Below are positions 25,501 to 37,619 of a stretch of DNA of 64,000 nucleotides, piece after piece. Origin of the DNA: Octopus sinensis (lineage: Eukaryota); contig NW_021833298.1 of NCBI RefSeq assembly GCF_006345805.1, positions 9,935 through 73,934 of the forward strand, in the 5' to 3' direction. Within the stretch, counting starts at the first letter, position 1. Every line of letters starts with the position of its first letter. Below the pieces are notes generated by a model. It was given only the letters and a program-made list of their open reading frames with translations, made no database searches and was not told where the DNA came from. Both the position numbers and the translations under genes were made by a program.

Positions 25501-28500
25501 TGGGTGGTAGGGCATGCGAGAAGTTTCGTGTTAAGTGTGGGTGGAGCACACAGACCTGGGGCTAGGGGATAGCAGTGAGTCAGGGCCAGGAGGACAGGAC
25601 TGGGGAGTGGGATGTAAGCCTAGAGCATGAAGGAGGAGATGTGAGGAAAGATGTAGTTTGGTTTTTGGTGGTAGGGCGTGCGAGAAGTTCTCTTGTTAGG
25701 TGTGGGTGGAGCACAAGATCTGGGGCTAGGGGATAGCAGTGAGACAGGCCAGGAGGACAGGACTGGGGAGTGGGAGGTAAGCCTAGTGCATGAAGGAGGA
25801 GATGTGAGGAAGAGATATAGTTTGGTTTGTTGTGGTAGGGCGTTCGAGAAGTTTTCCGTGTTAGGTGTGGGTGGAGCACACAGATCGGGGCTAGGGGATA
25901 GCAGTGAGACAGGGCCAGGAGGACAGGACTTGGGAGTGGGAGGTAAGCCTAGATTATGAAGGAGGAGATGGAGGAAGAGATGTAGTTTGGTTTGTTGTGG
26001 TAGGGCGTGCAGAAGTTTCCGTGTTAAGTGTGGGTTGGAGAACACAGATCTGGGGCTAGGGGATAGCAGTGAGACAGGGCCAGAGGACAGGACTGGGGTT
26101 GAGAGTAAGCCTAGTGCAGAAGGAGGAGATGTGAGGAAGAGATATAGTTTTGTGTGGTTGTGGTAGGGCGTTCGAGAAGTTTCCGTGTTAGGTGTGGGTG
26201 GAGCACACAAATCAGGGGCTAGGGGATAGCAGTGAGACAGGGCCAGGAGGACAGTATTGGGGAGTGGGAGGTAAGCCTAGTGCATGAAGGAGGAGATGTG
26301 AGGAAGAGATGTAGTTTGGTTTGTTGGGGTAGGGCATGCGAGAAGTTTTCTTGTTAGGTGTGGGTGGAGCACACAGATCTGGGGCTAGGGGATAGCTGAG
26401 ACAGGGCCAGGTGGACAGGATTGGGGAGTGGGAGGTAAGCCTAGTGCATGAAGGAGGAGATGTGAGGAAGAGATGTAGTTTGGTTTGTTGTGGTAGGGCA
26501 TGCGAGAAGTTTTCTTGTTAGGTGTGGTGGAGCACACAGATCAGGGGCTAGGGTATAGCAGTGAGACAGGGCCAGGAGGACAGGACTGGGGAGTGGGAGG
26601 TAAGCCTAGAGCATGAAGGAGGAGATGTGAGGAAGAGATGTAGTTTGGTTTGTTGTGGTAGGGCGTGCGAGAAGTTTTCGTGTTAAGTGTGGGTGGAGAA
26701 CACAGATCAGGGGCTAGGGAATAGCAGTGAGACGGGCCAGGGGACAGGATTGGGGAGTGGGAGGTAAGCCTAGTGCATGAAGGAGGAGATGTGAGGAAGA
26801 GATGTAGTTTGGTTTGTTGTGGTAGGGCATGCGAGAAGTTTTCTTGTTAGGTGTGGGTGGAGCACACAGATCAGGGGCTAGGGTATAGCAGTGAGACAGG
26901 GCCAGGAGGACAGGACTGGGGAGTGGGAGGTAAGCCTAGAGCATGAAGGAGGAGATGTGAGGAAGAGATGTAGTTTGGTTTGTTGTGGTAGGGCGTGCGA
27001 GAAGTTTTCGTGTTAAGTGTGGGTGGAGAACACAGATCAGGGGCTAGGGAATAGCAGTGAGACAGGGCCAGGAGGACAGGATTGGGGAGTGGGAGGTAAG
27101 CCTAGTGCATGAAGGAGGAGATGTGAGGAAGAGATGTAGTTTGGTTTGTTGTGGTAGGGCGTGCGAGAAGTTTTCTTGTTAAGTGTGGGTGGAGCACACA
27201 GACCTGGGGCTAGGGGATAGCAGTGAGTCAGGGCCAGGAGGACAGGACTGGGGAGTGGGATGTAAGCCTAGAGCATGAAGGAGGAGATGTGAGGAAGAGA
27301 TGTAGTTTGGTTTGTGGTGGTAGGGCGTGCGAGAAGTTCTCTTGTTAGGTGTGGGTGGAGCACACAGATCTGGGGCTAGGGGATAGCAGTGAGACAGGGC
27401 CAGGAGGACAGGACTGGGGAGTGGGAGGTAAGCCTAGTGCATGAAGGAGGAGATGTGAGGAAGAGATATAGTTTGGTTTGTTGTGGTAGGGCGTTCGAGA
27501 AGTTTCCGTGTTAGGTGTGGGTGGAGCACACAGATCTGGGACTAGGGGATAGCAGTGAGACAGGGCCAGGAGGACAGGACTTGGGAGTGGGAGGTAAGCC
27601 TAGATTATGAAGGAGGAGATGTGAGGAAGAGATGTAGTTTGGTTTGTGTGGTAGGGCGTGCGAGAAGTTTCCGTGTTAAGTGTGGGTGGAGAACACAGAT
27701 CTGGGGCTAGGGGATAGCAGTGAGACAGGGCCAGGAGGACAGGACTGGGGAGTGAGAGGTAAGCCTAGTGCATGAAGGAGGAGATGTGAGGAAGAGATAT
27801 AGTTTGGTTTGTTGTGGTAGGGCGTTTGAGAAGTTTCCGTGTTAAGTGTGGGTGGAGCACACAAATGAGGGGCTAGGGGATAGCAGTGAGACAGGTCCAG
27901 GAGGACAGGACTGGGGAGTGGGATGTAAGCCTAGAGCATGAAGGAGGAGATGTGAGGAAGTGATGTAGTTTGGTTTGTTGTGGTAGGGCGTGCGAGAAGT
28001 TCTCTTGTTAGGTGTGGGTGGAGCACACAGATCTGGGGCTAGGCGATAGCAGTGAGACAGGGCCAAGAGGACAGGACTGGGGAGTGGGAGGTAAGCCTAG
28101 TGCATGAAGGAGGAGATGTGAGGAAGAGATATAGTTTGGTTGTTGTGGTAGGGCGTTCGAGAAGTTTCCGTGTTAGGTGTGGGTGGAGCACACAAATCAG
28201 GGGCTAGGGGATAGCAGTGAGACAGGGCCAGGAGGACAGGACTGGGGAGTGGGATGTAAGCCTAGAGCATGAAGGAGGAGATTTGAGGAAGAGATGTAGT
28301 TTGGTTTGTTGTGGTAGGGCGTGCGAGAAGTTCTCTTGTTAGGTGTGGGTGGAGCACACAGATCTGGGGCTAGGCGATAGCAGTGAGAGAGGGCCAGGAG
28401 GACAGGACTGGGGAGTGGGAGGTAAGCCTAGTGCATGAAGGAGGCGATGTGAGGAAGAGATATAGTTTGGTTTGTTGTGGTAGGGCGTTCGAGAAGTTTC

Positions 28501-28851
28501 CGTGTTAAGTGTGGGTGGAGCACACAGATCAGGGGCTCGGGGATAGCAGTGAGACAGGGCCAGGAGGACAGGACTGGGGAGTGGGAGTTAAGCCTAGTGC
28601 ATGAAGGAGGAGATGTGAGGAAGAGATGTAGTTTGGTTTGTTGTGGTAGGGCGTTCGAGAAGTTTCCGTGTTAAGTGTGGGTGGAGCACACAGATCAGGG
28701 GCTCGGGGATAGCAGTGAGACAGGGCCAGGAGGACAGGACTGGGGAGTGGGATGTAAGCCTAGTGCATGAAGGAGGAGATGTGAGGAAGAGATGTAGTTT
28801 GGTTTGTTGTGGTAGGGCGTTCGAGAAGTTTCTGTGTTAAGTGTGGGTGGG
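22535..28851. repeat. 166-bp satellite, ~38 copies, G-rich on + strand, intronic
   Basis: gtgtgggtggagcacacagatc recurs at 22549, 22715, 22881 and onward; ORFs across 23298-28840 are repeat artefacts. Confidence 0.97.
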
Positions 28852-28859
28852 ACACAGAG

Positions 28860-29420
28860 CACTTCCAGAATTCAGTTTTTACTGATGTGGCTGGGTCTTC
28901 TGAAGAACTTCATATCGCCAGACATCTTGGTAAATTGTCATTTCCTCCACGAGGCCCATCTTCCTGAGATCGGTCCTCACCATTTCATCCTGCATCTTCC
29001 TCGGTCTTCCTCTTTAACAGGTACCATCCACTTTCAGTGATCTGCACATCTTTATTCCAGCTGTCCTCATTCATACACCTCACATCTCCAAACCAATGTA
29101 GTCTTCTTGCAAGCTACATTTGAGTCCTGTTATGCCCAACTTTTCTCTCAATACATTTGCACTTTGCCGTACATGAACTTATGAAAAGAAGCGGTGTCAG
29201 TCAGAAGCAAACATCTGTTTGCTGTTCTCACTGAAAATACTGAAGAAATTTTGGGCCATATATCTCCTTAATATAAGAGTACGAACCCTTGGCATCATTT
29301 CTGTCAGCTGCTTCTTGTGCCCCTTTTGCTCTATCATTCTACCATTCCTGTTTAATTTTCTTTGGAGCAGTCTTCACTTTCCCTTTCAGCTTTCTGTAAG
29401 CTTTGAGTTGGGGTTCAAGG
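28860..29420 (-). mobile_element. Decayed RTE LINE fragments
   Basis: Reverse strand gives AQEAADRNDAKGSYSYIKEIYGP and ..RGRPRK..VVRTDLRKMGL-like remnants. Confidence 0.6.
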
Positions 29421-29589
29421 ACTGAGAAAGAAGTGTATTGCCTAAGTTTTTTTTTCTAAAAGTAGATCATGAATTTCTGCTGATCTGAGAACCAGTCACT
29501 GGACATATGTGATTTAAATCCCACTGACAAACTTTTGTTTTGAAATCTTCCCATAGATTGTTTGGGCCAAGATTGATACTTTCTATAGC

Positions 29590-29985
29590 ATTACTCTTTT
29601 ACTCTTTTACTTGTTTCAGTCATTCGACTGCAGCCATGCTGGAGCACCGCCTTTAGTCGAGCAAATCAACCCCGGGACTTATTCTTTGTAAGCCCAGTAC
29701 TTATTCTATCGGTCTCTTTTGCCGAAGCGCTAAGTGACGGGAACGTAAACACACCAGAATCGGTTGTCAAGCAATGCTAGGGGAACAAACACAAACACAC
29801 ATACATACACATATATACGACAGGCTTCTTTCAGTTTCCGTCTACCAAATCCACTCACAAGGCATTGGTCAGCCCGGGGCTATAGCAGAAGACACTTGCC
29901 CAAGATGCCACGCAGTGGGACTGAACCCGGAACCATGTAGTTGGTTAGCAAGCTACTTACCACACAGCCACTCCTGCGCCTATAT
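29590..29985 (-). mobile_element. Full-length tRNA-derived SINE (CORE-like)
   Basis: Minus strand: A-box tggctgtgtgg, B-box ggttcagtccc, cttgggcaagtgtctt core, (gagtaaaa)n tail. Partial copies at ~10090-10290, 43280-43470 and 47420-47555. Confidence 0.85.
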
Positions 29986-30205
29986 GGAATCTTTGCAAGT
30001 TGCTTGGTAATTAGAAGTTTGCAACATTTAACTTTTTGGGTACCTTAGGACCAGACTGTCGACTTTTAGACATTATGAAAAATTCCTTTTTCCACACACT
30101 AGACGATGGTCAGTCCAGCTCTCTGTTCCTCTCATGGCCCAAATCCAGGTTGTGCTGGATTACATGTTACCAGCAGCACTCAAGAGCAACCTGACATATA
30201 TATAT

Positions 30206-30246
<41 letters not shown>

Positions 30247-30247
<1 letters not shown>

Positions 30248-30549
30248 CTTTATATATAAAAGAGAGGTTGTGTGCTGTCTGTCTCCTACGATTTAGATTC
30301 CTAACTACTCCCACATTTTGCGGTGCAGTTTAACCAAAACCGGGTATCTTATAGTCGTGATTCATATCGAGCCCTTCTGGGTATTAGCGCGCGTCTACGA
30401 TGAGTCTACGATTTAAAAAAAAATTTACCATAATTTTTCCTCATTTTTAATGCATTTTCGCTCGGTTTATATAAGGGAAGTAACTCTCTATAAATGCTTA
30501 TATAGTTATTTCCCTTACAAACCCGAGCAACGCCGGGCGATACTGCTAG
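30247..30549 (+). mobile_element. Complete 303-bp non-autonomous Helitron
   Basis: A/TC 5' end, subterminal hairpin cccgagcaacgccggg, CTAG/T 3' end, no TSD. Confidence 0.9.
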
Positions 30550-30767
30550 TATAAAATAAAACAGGAAACTGAAAATTTTTTGTCTCCATTTCAAACAATC
30601 CAACCCAAACCAGCATGGAAAACAGACATTAAACAACGATGATGATGATGATGATGGGTAAAAGTTTTATTGTTTTATTTCTGTAAATTTTCACAAGTAT
30701 TATTTTTGAAACTTTAAATCCAAAAAAGAAAATTTTATATAAATGTGATTAAAAAATAAATAAATAC

Positions 30768-30802
30768 CTCTCTTTTCCATGATTTCAACATGTATTTTTG
30801 CT
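30768..30802 (-). CDS. Candidate 35-nt start-codon exon (MEKR/D) of the macrodomain gene
   Basis: Strong acceptor ttttattttcatttgcag and donor GAG/gtattt. gaaatcATGG is a good Kozak context, and ATG GAA AAG AGA G joins exon 19961 in frame. Confidence 0.5.
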
Positions 30803-31409
30803 CTGCAAATGAAAATAAAATAATTAGGAAAAACATTGTTAAGGTATTAAATACATCATTTGTTGTCAAAGTAAATTCTCTCTCTCTCTCTCTCTCCCAT
30901 ATAATTACAGTTAAGAGAGAGATCAGAACAACTGGGCAGAATTCAGACAGGAATCCATCTCCCCCCTTTACCATTCAGATTCCTCAGCCAAATGCAATGC
31001 TTGTCTATTCACATTGTTTTGAATCGATGCCATTATCTCATAGCTTAAACATTGTGATAACGTGATTATCTTTTTAGCATGACATTGTAGGGTAAGTGTT
31101 ACAAAGGCTGGATCTTTCCAGTTTAAATATAAAACAAGTTATATGATTGGGCCAGATTTGGCCAGTCTAAACGCTAAAAGGTTAATTGACCACATTGTGC
31201 AAGGTAATAAGGTTTACGTGTGTGTTTTTGAGTCCTACTACAGTGCAACACTCCCAAAAAGCACACAAGAATAAACTCATACAGGAAATGCACAATAAAA
31301 TGAACAAAGCCCAACAACATGTACAAAAGAGGCCCAGTAACCATCAGAAGAACACAACTACGCTACACACACAACACACAATACAAACACTGATACAAGA
31401 AAAGACTTA

Positions 31410-32025
31410 GTTCAAACCTCATAACAAGCACGCGGAATTCTGTTCTTGATTCGACGGTCATTCGGAATGCTCACAGCAGCCATATTCCTACCGCTCTATG
31501 TCACGCTGGTGAGACCCATATTGGAGTACGGGATTCAAGCCTCTTCTCCTTATCTCCTCAAAGACATACAGCATCTCGAAAGAGTCCAGAAGCTGGCTAC
31601 CCGCATGGTTCTTGGTCTCAAGAATTTGTCTTATGAAGAAAGGCTGAAGACGCTCGACCTTTATTCTCTAGAAAAACGACGACGCCGTGGAGATCTCATT
31701 CTTGCTCACAACATCATAAGTGGAAAGTGTAACCTCTCGAAAGAGCTGTTCTTCACTCCTGCTCCAGAGCGTCGGCTGCGGGGTCATTCCGAAAAGCTCT
31801 ATCTGCGACGATTTCATCTCAATCGAAGGAGAGGGGCTTTCTCCGCCTGGGTTGCGGATCCGTGGAATAAGCTGCCAGACGAGATGGTGAAGATGCCGAC
31901 GACCGCTCAGTTCAAAGTCTCCCTTGACCTCAAGTGGCCTGAACTCTTTACATGAACACCACCCTGTACATAACTCCATGCCCCCCTACATGGCCTTGGT
32001 TTTTGCTTTTTGAGCCAAAAAAAAT
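31410..32025 (+). mobile_element. CR1-clade LINE 3' fragment
   Basis: ORF 31446..31955: LYVTLVRPILEY..LERVQKLATRMV.GL..LSYEERL..RRRRGDLI..WNKLP. Confidence 0.9.
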
Positions 32026-32029
32026 AACT

Positions 32030-33290
32030 AAAAGAAAGGGCTATAGAAAAGGGATTTCAACGCTTTGGGTAGAGAAGGGTTTGTTTAAAGTGACTGAGCA
32101 CACAAGTTAGTTGATCAAGCTAATGTTTATAGAAGAAAGTGGATGACAGAATTGGAGGTGGAAGGGATCACGAGAGAACTGGAAAAGAAAGACCAGGCAG
32201 TGGGAAAGACAAACAACAACATAAGAGATACAGCTCAAACCAAAGAAGAACCTAAAGAAAAAAATAACAATAGTGCTACCAATAAGGAAGGGACAACTGG
32301 CACCAGTGATTTAAGTGAGGAAGATCAGAAGATTTTAGATGTGTTGCAGGAATTCATGAGTAAAGAAGTAAGAAAAAGATTGCTCTCTTTAAAGGGTACC
32401 AACAGAAGAATGTTGCTAGATATGACTAAGAAAGTAGATTCTGTTATCAGTAGGATAGATACTAAAATACAGAAGACACTCATTGATCTCTGCCGGAGGA
32501 GTAGTAGTTACTAAAAGATTAGATATTCCACAAGGACAAATTAGAAAAAAGCAAGTGTGAAAAAGGAAATTACAAAATAAGGAGAAGACTTTAAGACAAG
32601 ATCTGAGTAGAATAGAAACCTGGAAACTGAACAAGATAGGAAACACAAGATTCAAATCTTCTCTTGGGAAAAGATACTTAGTCAAAGAGAAAGAAGGATT
32701 TGGGACAATAATAAAAGATTTGAAACAATGTGTAACAACAATAGCAGGCAAGCTCTCCAGATATCAGAAAACAAACAGATCAGTATCAACAGAATAAATG
32801 ACTTGAGACAGACCAGAAGAGATTTTATAACCAAATAAATAGTGGAGAAGAAAGTACTGAAGATGAGGAACCTAATGCAGAAGAAGCTAGAATGTTCTGG
32901 AGTAATATTTGGTGTAAGCCAGACAATCAAAAGGAGATGCAGGGTAGTTAAAGAAAACAAAGGAAGAAGTAGCTAGATCTAAGATTAACTAGCGCATTAA
33001 TGAGTAATGTGTTAGGAAGAATGCTAAATTGGAAGGGCCCAGGACCAGAAGGCATCCAATTACCTAATGGCCAGATATAAAAATCATTAAAAGAAGGAGA
33101 GAGTTATAAGTATCTTGGAGTATTAGGATCTGACTACAGAAATGAAAAGGAAAATTGAGAAGGAGGAGGAAGCTAATGAAGTCAAAACTAAATGGTCGGA
33201 ATCTAGTGAAGGCTGTAAATACTTGGGCAGTATTTTTACTTAGCAGCTTTTGTGATAAAAAGTGAACTAGCAAAGCTAGACAGAAGAACT
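32030..33290 (+). mobile_element. Decayed R4/Dong-like element, N-terminal ORF region
   Basis: LTELEVEGITRELE, LRQDLSRIETWK, LKQCVTTIAGKL and later RNLVKAVNTWAV remnants. Confidence 0.6.
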
Positions 33291-33950
33291 AGGGTCTCCC
33301 TCTTCCACAGGTACCATCCATTTTTAGTGATCAGCACTTCTTTATGCAGCTGTCCTCATTCATGTACATCACATGTCCAAACCAAAGTAGTCTTCTCTCT
33401 TGCATACTACATTTGATATGCCCAACTTTTCTCTCAACACATTTGCACTTTGCCGTACATGTGCACTGTTGTTGCACATCCAACGGTGCATACCACCTTA
33501 ATTTCTCTCCAGTCTACACGTCTTCTGTATTCAGAGCCCATGTCTCACTACCATGGAGTATAGCCATTCGCACACAAGCACCATATAGTCTACCTTTCAC
33601 TCTGAGAGAGAGGGTCCTTTTTGTTGCTAACAGAGGTAATAGTTCTCTGAACTTCACCCACCCAATTCTTATTCTAGAAACAATATTTTCAGAGCATCCT
33701 CCACCATTGCTAATTTGGTCACCTAGGTAACAGAAACTATCTACAACCTCAAGAGAACCTCCTGGGTTTTTGAGAGAATCTAAGTCCCGTGTGCTCTTAG
33801 TGCTTATTGTTCCTGCACATCTGCCACATACAAAGACAATTTTATCTCTTAATCTACCTGTGATTCCACTGCCCACAGTTTACACTGGATACAGTACAAG
33901 GAATTTCTTCCAACTCCTTTCCTTCTTATGGAGCGGCACCATTTACCTGA
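33290..33950 (-). mobile_element. RTE LINE fragment
   Basis: ORF 33514..33876: SLEVVDSFCYLGDQISNGGGCSENIVSRIRIGWVKFRELLPLL..LHGSETW. Confidence 0.88.
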
Positions 33951-34542
33951 AGGAAAGAGAGTTTTATCTTCCTTCTTACTAACAACCACTTTGGTTTTAA
34001 TAATAATAATAATAATAATTCTTTCATTTATTTGCCACAAGTGTGAAGGATGAGGGGAATAATACAAAGATAGACATAAAGTGCTGGGGTATACATATAA
34101 TGGAATTGTAGGGAATACGACCGTATGTTGAGGTTGGTGACATAGGTAAGTCACACGGTCGCATTCCTAGCGAAATAAGATAAGCCATAAATACAATTTT
34201 ATACAATGCAGTGCCAACAGAATTTAGATGAATTGACGACAAGCCGTTCCACTGTTTGAGGGATAGATATTATTTTATTTACAATGGGTTAATGTTAGAA
34301 GGTTGTGAGGGCTAGCAAGCATTGTGTATGTGTGCGTACAACACGTGTTTGTGTCTGTGTGTTCGTGTGTGTGACAGATACAATAAGGGTGAATGCGTGT
34401 GGCATAGTAGGTACAGAGCATAGAGTTAATAATAGATTTACTGTTCATGAGGTACACGAAGTGTAAGAGCTCAATATCAAGATGTTGTGTCTCGGAGCTG
34501 AGATTAGTTGAATCACTTGTTGTGCTTATCTTTTGATATAGA

Positions 34543-36040
34543 TATTCTTTCAGATATATATACTGCAACTGGTTTTCCGTGGTGAGATTTTCACCTAACA
34601 GCATGAGTTGAATCTATAGTTATCTTGTGTACAAGTTAAATCTTCGTAGATAGAGACGATGTTGGCGATGACGTTATGTCTGTCGCTTGGTTTACTATAG
34701 CGTCTTCATATCATGTTTTGCTTGGTTATTTTTCTCTTGATATAGATATTGTTGTGAATAGTTCAGTTCACGGTACTTCTTGACCTACTTTGCTGGCTTG
34801 GAGACTGAAAGTCTACAATACAAAGTTATAGTCCTTTGTTTTAGAAAGAGTAATGAGCTTTTAGGGGACCTTTGGCCTTTTGCCAGTCAGGGAGAGTTCG
34901 TTGTAAACACCCCTTAAAAATAAGCAGTTCAGTTTGTGAGTGGCAGTCGGCATTTGGGATTCAGGGCAAGCAGTTGGTAGTTTGGATTTAGCAGTGGCTG
35001 TTCTGCTGGTGACAGTGTACTGAGAGATGACAGGAAGACAGTCATGAGAGAGTGAACAGTTGGGATTGTACAGCGAGTTAGTAATGGTTTGTTCTGCTGT
35101 GACAGAGAGAGATATACAGCGGATTAGGCGGCCAATAGAGATGGACTACAATGTGAGGCATTGGCTGATGTAACGGTATGTGTTAATTGTATGTTTTGAT
35201 ATGTGAAGAAAAAGAATCGATGTATTGAAATGTAAAAGAAATGAACATTGTGTTACAGAACTGTTAAAGAAAGAGAGAGACTCTGTTGTAGTCTTTAATG
35301 AACATTGAACTGTATATGCCTTTAATGTGATTTGAACTGTAACGTTAATGTGATTTGAAACAGAACTGTTTTCTCCGGACTGTATATTGCATCAATCTGA
35401 ACTGATATTGTACCCGGATGCTGTTGTTATATTGTATCTGCATGTTTAAATGCTTTGATCTGTTGTATACCTATTTCTTGCATGTGCTATCTTTAAATGT
35501 ACTTGATGTTGTAATAGTCATATAAACTAGTAGGTTAAATGTAAGCCAATTGCCTTCCGCTGTATTTCTTTGTGTCTCTCTCGGTTGCCTCTGTGTCTTT
35601 TCCTGCTGTTGTTGTTGTTGTCTCTCTCCTCTCTGAGTTCCGTGGCGAACATTCGACGATCGATCGGGCCTGGTCAATCATCGTCGCTTGACTTGTTGGG
35701 ATCCCGGGTTCGAGTTCGGGCGACGGCAGGTGGGATTCCGTAGCAACTTTCGGGGGTCCCGTATTCTTTCAGATATATATACTGCAACTGTTTTTCCGTG
35801 GTGAGATTTTCACCTAACAGCATGAGTTGAATCTGTAGTTATCTTGTGTACAAGTTAAATCTTCGTAGATAGAGACGATGTTGGCGATGACGTTATGTCT
35901 GTCGCTTGGTTTACTATAGCGTCTTCATATCATGTTTTGCTTGGTTATTTTTCTCTTGATATAGATATTCTTTCAGATATATATACTGCAACTGTTTTTC
36001 CGTGGTGAGATTTTCACACTAACAGTATGAGTTGAATCTG
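34543..36040. repeat. 204-bp tandem repeat (2.3 copies) split by the LTR insertion
   Basis: tattctttcagatatatatactgcaact starts at 34543, 35762 and 35966. Confidence 0.9.
34750..35761 (+). mobile_element. LTR (TGTT..AACA, 34750-35651) plus ~110 bp of internal sequence
   Basis: TG..CA termini; the 3' ~600 bp is highly similar to 47984-48789 and both end gttccgtggcgaaca. Confidence 0.7.
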
Positions 36041-36639
36041 TGAAGTTGGTGTGTACATGTCTGAAGTGGACGATGGTGATGGCGACTTGAAGTTGGTACA
36101 ATGATGGTGACGACGGCGGCGGAGATAGAAATTGGTTTTCTGTTGCGGGTGTACATTAGCGTCGTCGTGGCTGATCGTCTGTCGCTGTGACTGGAACATG
36201 TTGAGTAGCTCTGTGGTCAGAGGTTAGCCCTTATAAGGACTGGAACCAAAGATGCAAGTATACTGAAAACACTCCCTTATATAGAAGTAAGGTGACTCAA
36301 CAGAGCCTAGGAAATGGGACCTTAACCAAAGGCCGTGATTGGTTGGCTTTGGCCAGTGGCACGAAATAAGTAGGGAGAAAGACCGCGCTTAGATGCCAAC
36401 CAATCAAAATAGTGGACACAACAAGGTTAAACTAGCCAAAGATGTTTGTAATCTCAAACGAGATCATTCCTAATATTTCTCTCAAACAGTGAAGATAGCA
36501 ATGAAGAAAACAATATTGCTACAGAATGATAAAAAAAAGGAAAGAAATTAAGTATACATGACATACACTGAAAAAGAAGGGACATCTGCATAGCATACAA
36601 GGGTTTAAAAAAAAAGCGGCAGGGAGGATGATACAGGAA

Positions 36640-37610
36640 GGCCTCTAGGGATAATCAAGGAACCCCACTGTCCGAGATTTCCATGAAACCCCTCTCCAGT
36701 TCCTTCTCTCCGACTCACAGGTCTACACTTAGAGACCATCCACTGTTGCCATTTTTGCAACTTTCACCCACCTTTCAATAAACTCACTCGAGGACAGCCC
36801 TTCTCTCTTCACTCTCACTTTCCTTTTCAAGTGAAACTTGAGGAAGTCAATGAGAGCTCTGCCAAAGAGGAATGGATCTGTCCTCAGGCCTTTCAGCCTT
36901 GTCCACCAAACAACCTCTTTTGCCATAGCCACCAGACAAAGGAAAACTGCCTTGCCTACTTGATTGAAGGAGGACGGTAGTGCAATCATCACTACAGACT
37001 CGGCTGACAGATGGATCCGTCCCACACGTTACAGCAGCTGTTCAACATAACTCCACAAGTCAGCAATGCCTGGACACTAAACAAGAGCATGCAAAATGGT
37101 TTCGTCACTCTGCATGCACCTCGGACAAGCCCGTCTGACAGCACATCTGAGCCTGCAGAGTTTATCTTGAACTGGTAGTGCCCCCCTCCCCAGTAGCACT
37201 GCCAGGCCAAGGACAACTGAAAATTACCCATGATAGTTCCCGACCGGAAAGTCCTCCGTAACAGACTAGTCAGTTCATTCTCATCAGTGCACAGAGTCTC
37301 CCTGAGAACATTGTTGCACTTCCCCACCACTAATCCTGAATAAATTTTCAAGGCAGAACATCCACCAATCCCATTGTCTGACATTCTGGGTGCCAGGTGC
37401 CCACTCTCAGTCTTTTCTTCACCCTGGGCTGTTGCTCTGTGATGGAGACAAGCCTCACAAACGGAGCCCACACACACTCAGTGTCTAGGAATCCTTGCAG
37501 ATGGTGTAACCTAAGAGTATGTCTGTGTATTAGGAAGGCATACCTAATCTGCCACCGAGAGGATAGTGACAACAGGCCAACCGCCTGAACAGTGGAATAT
37601 ACCTCTTCCA
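36640..37610 (-). mobile_element. Tx1/L1-clade LINE 3' fragment
   Basis: NFQLSLAWQCY, decayed zf-RVT region, FLKFHLKRKVRVKRE..SEFIERWVKVA C-terminus. Confidence 0.7.
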
Positions 37611-37619
37611 CAAGAATTT

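Larger units (their letters stand above)
34253..36423 (-). mobile_element. Possible solo-LTR-like element containing a 204-bp tandem repeat and a nested second LTR
   Basis: Minus strand starts TGTTG and has ccaat boxes (~36340, ~36400), a TATA (ctatataagg ~36280), a late aataaa and an ..aaaca end; no TSD found. Confidence 0.4.

Noticed and set aside
22535-28851. CRISPR-like or coding interpretation of the 166-bp array
   Set aside because: Whole units repeat with no unique spacers; unit length is not a multiple of 3; eukaryotic context with no cas genes
30972-31033. Possible exon MASIQNNVNRQALHLAEESE with a gtaaag donor
   Set aside because: Weak acceptor, and joining to the 30802 exon creates TGA in that frame
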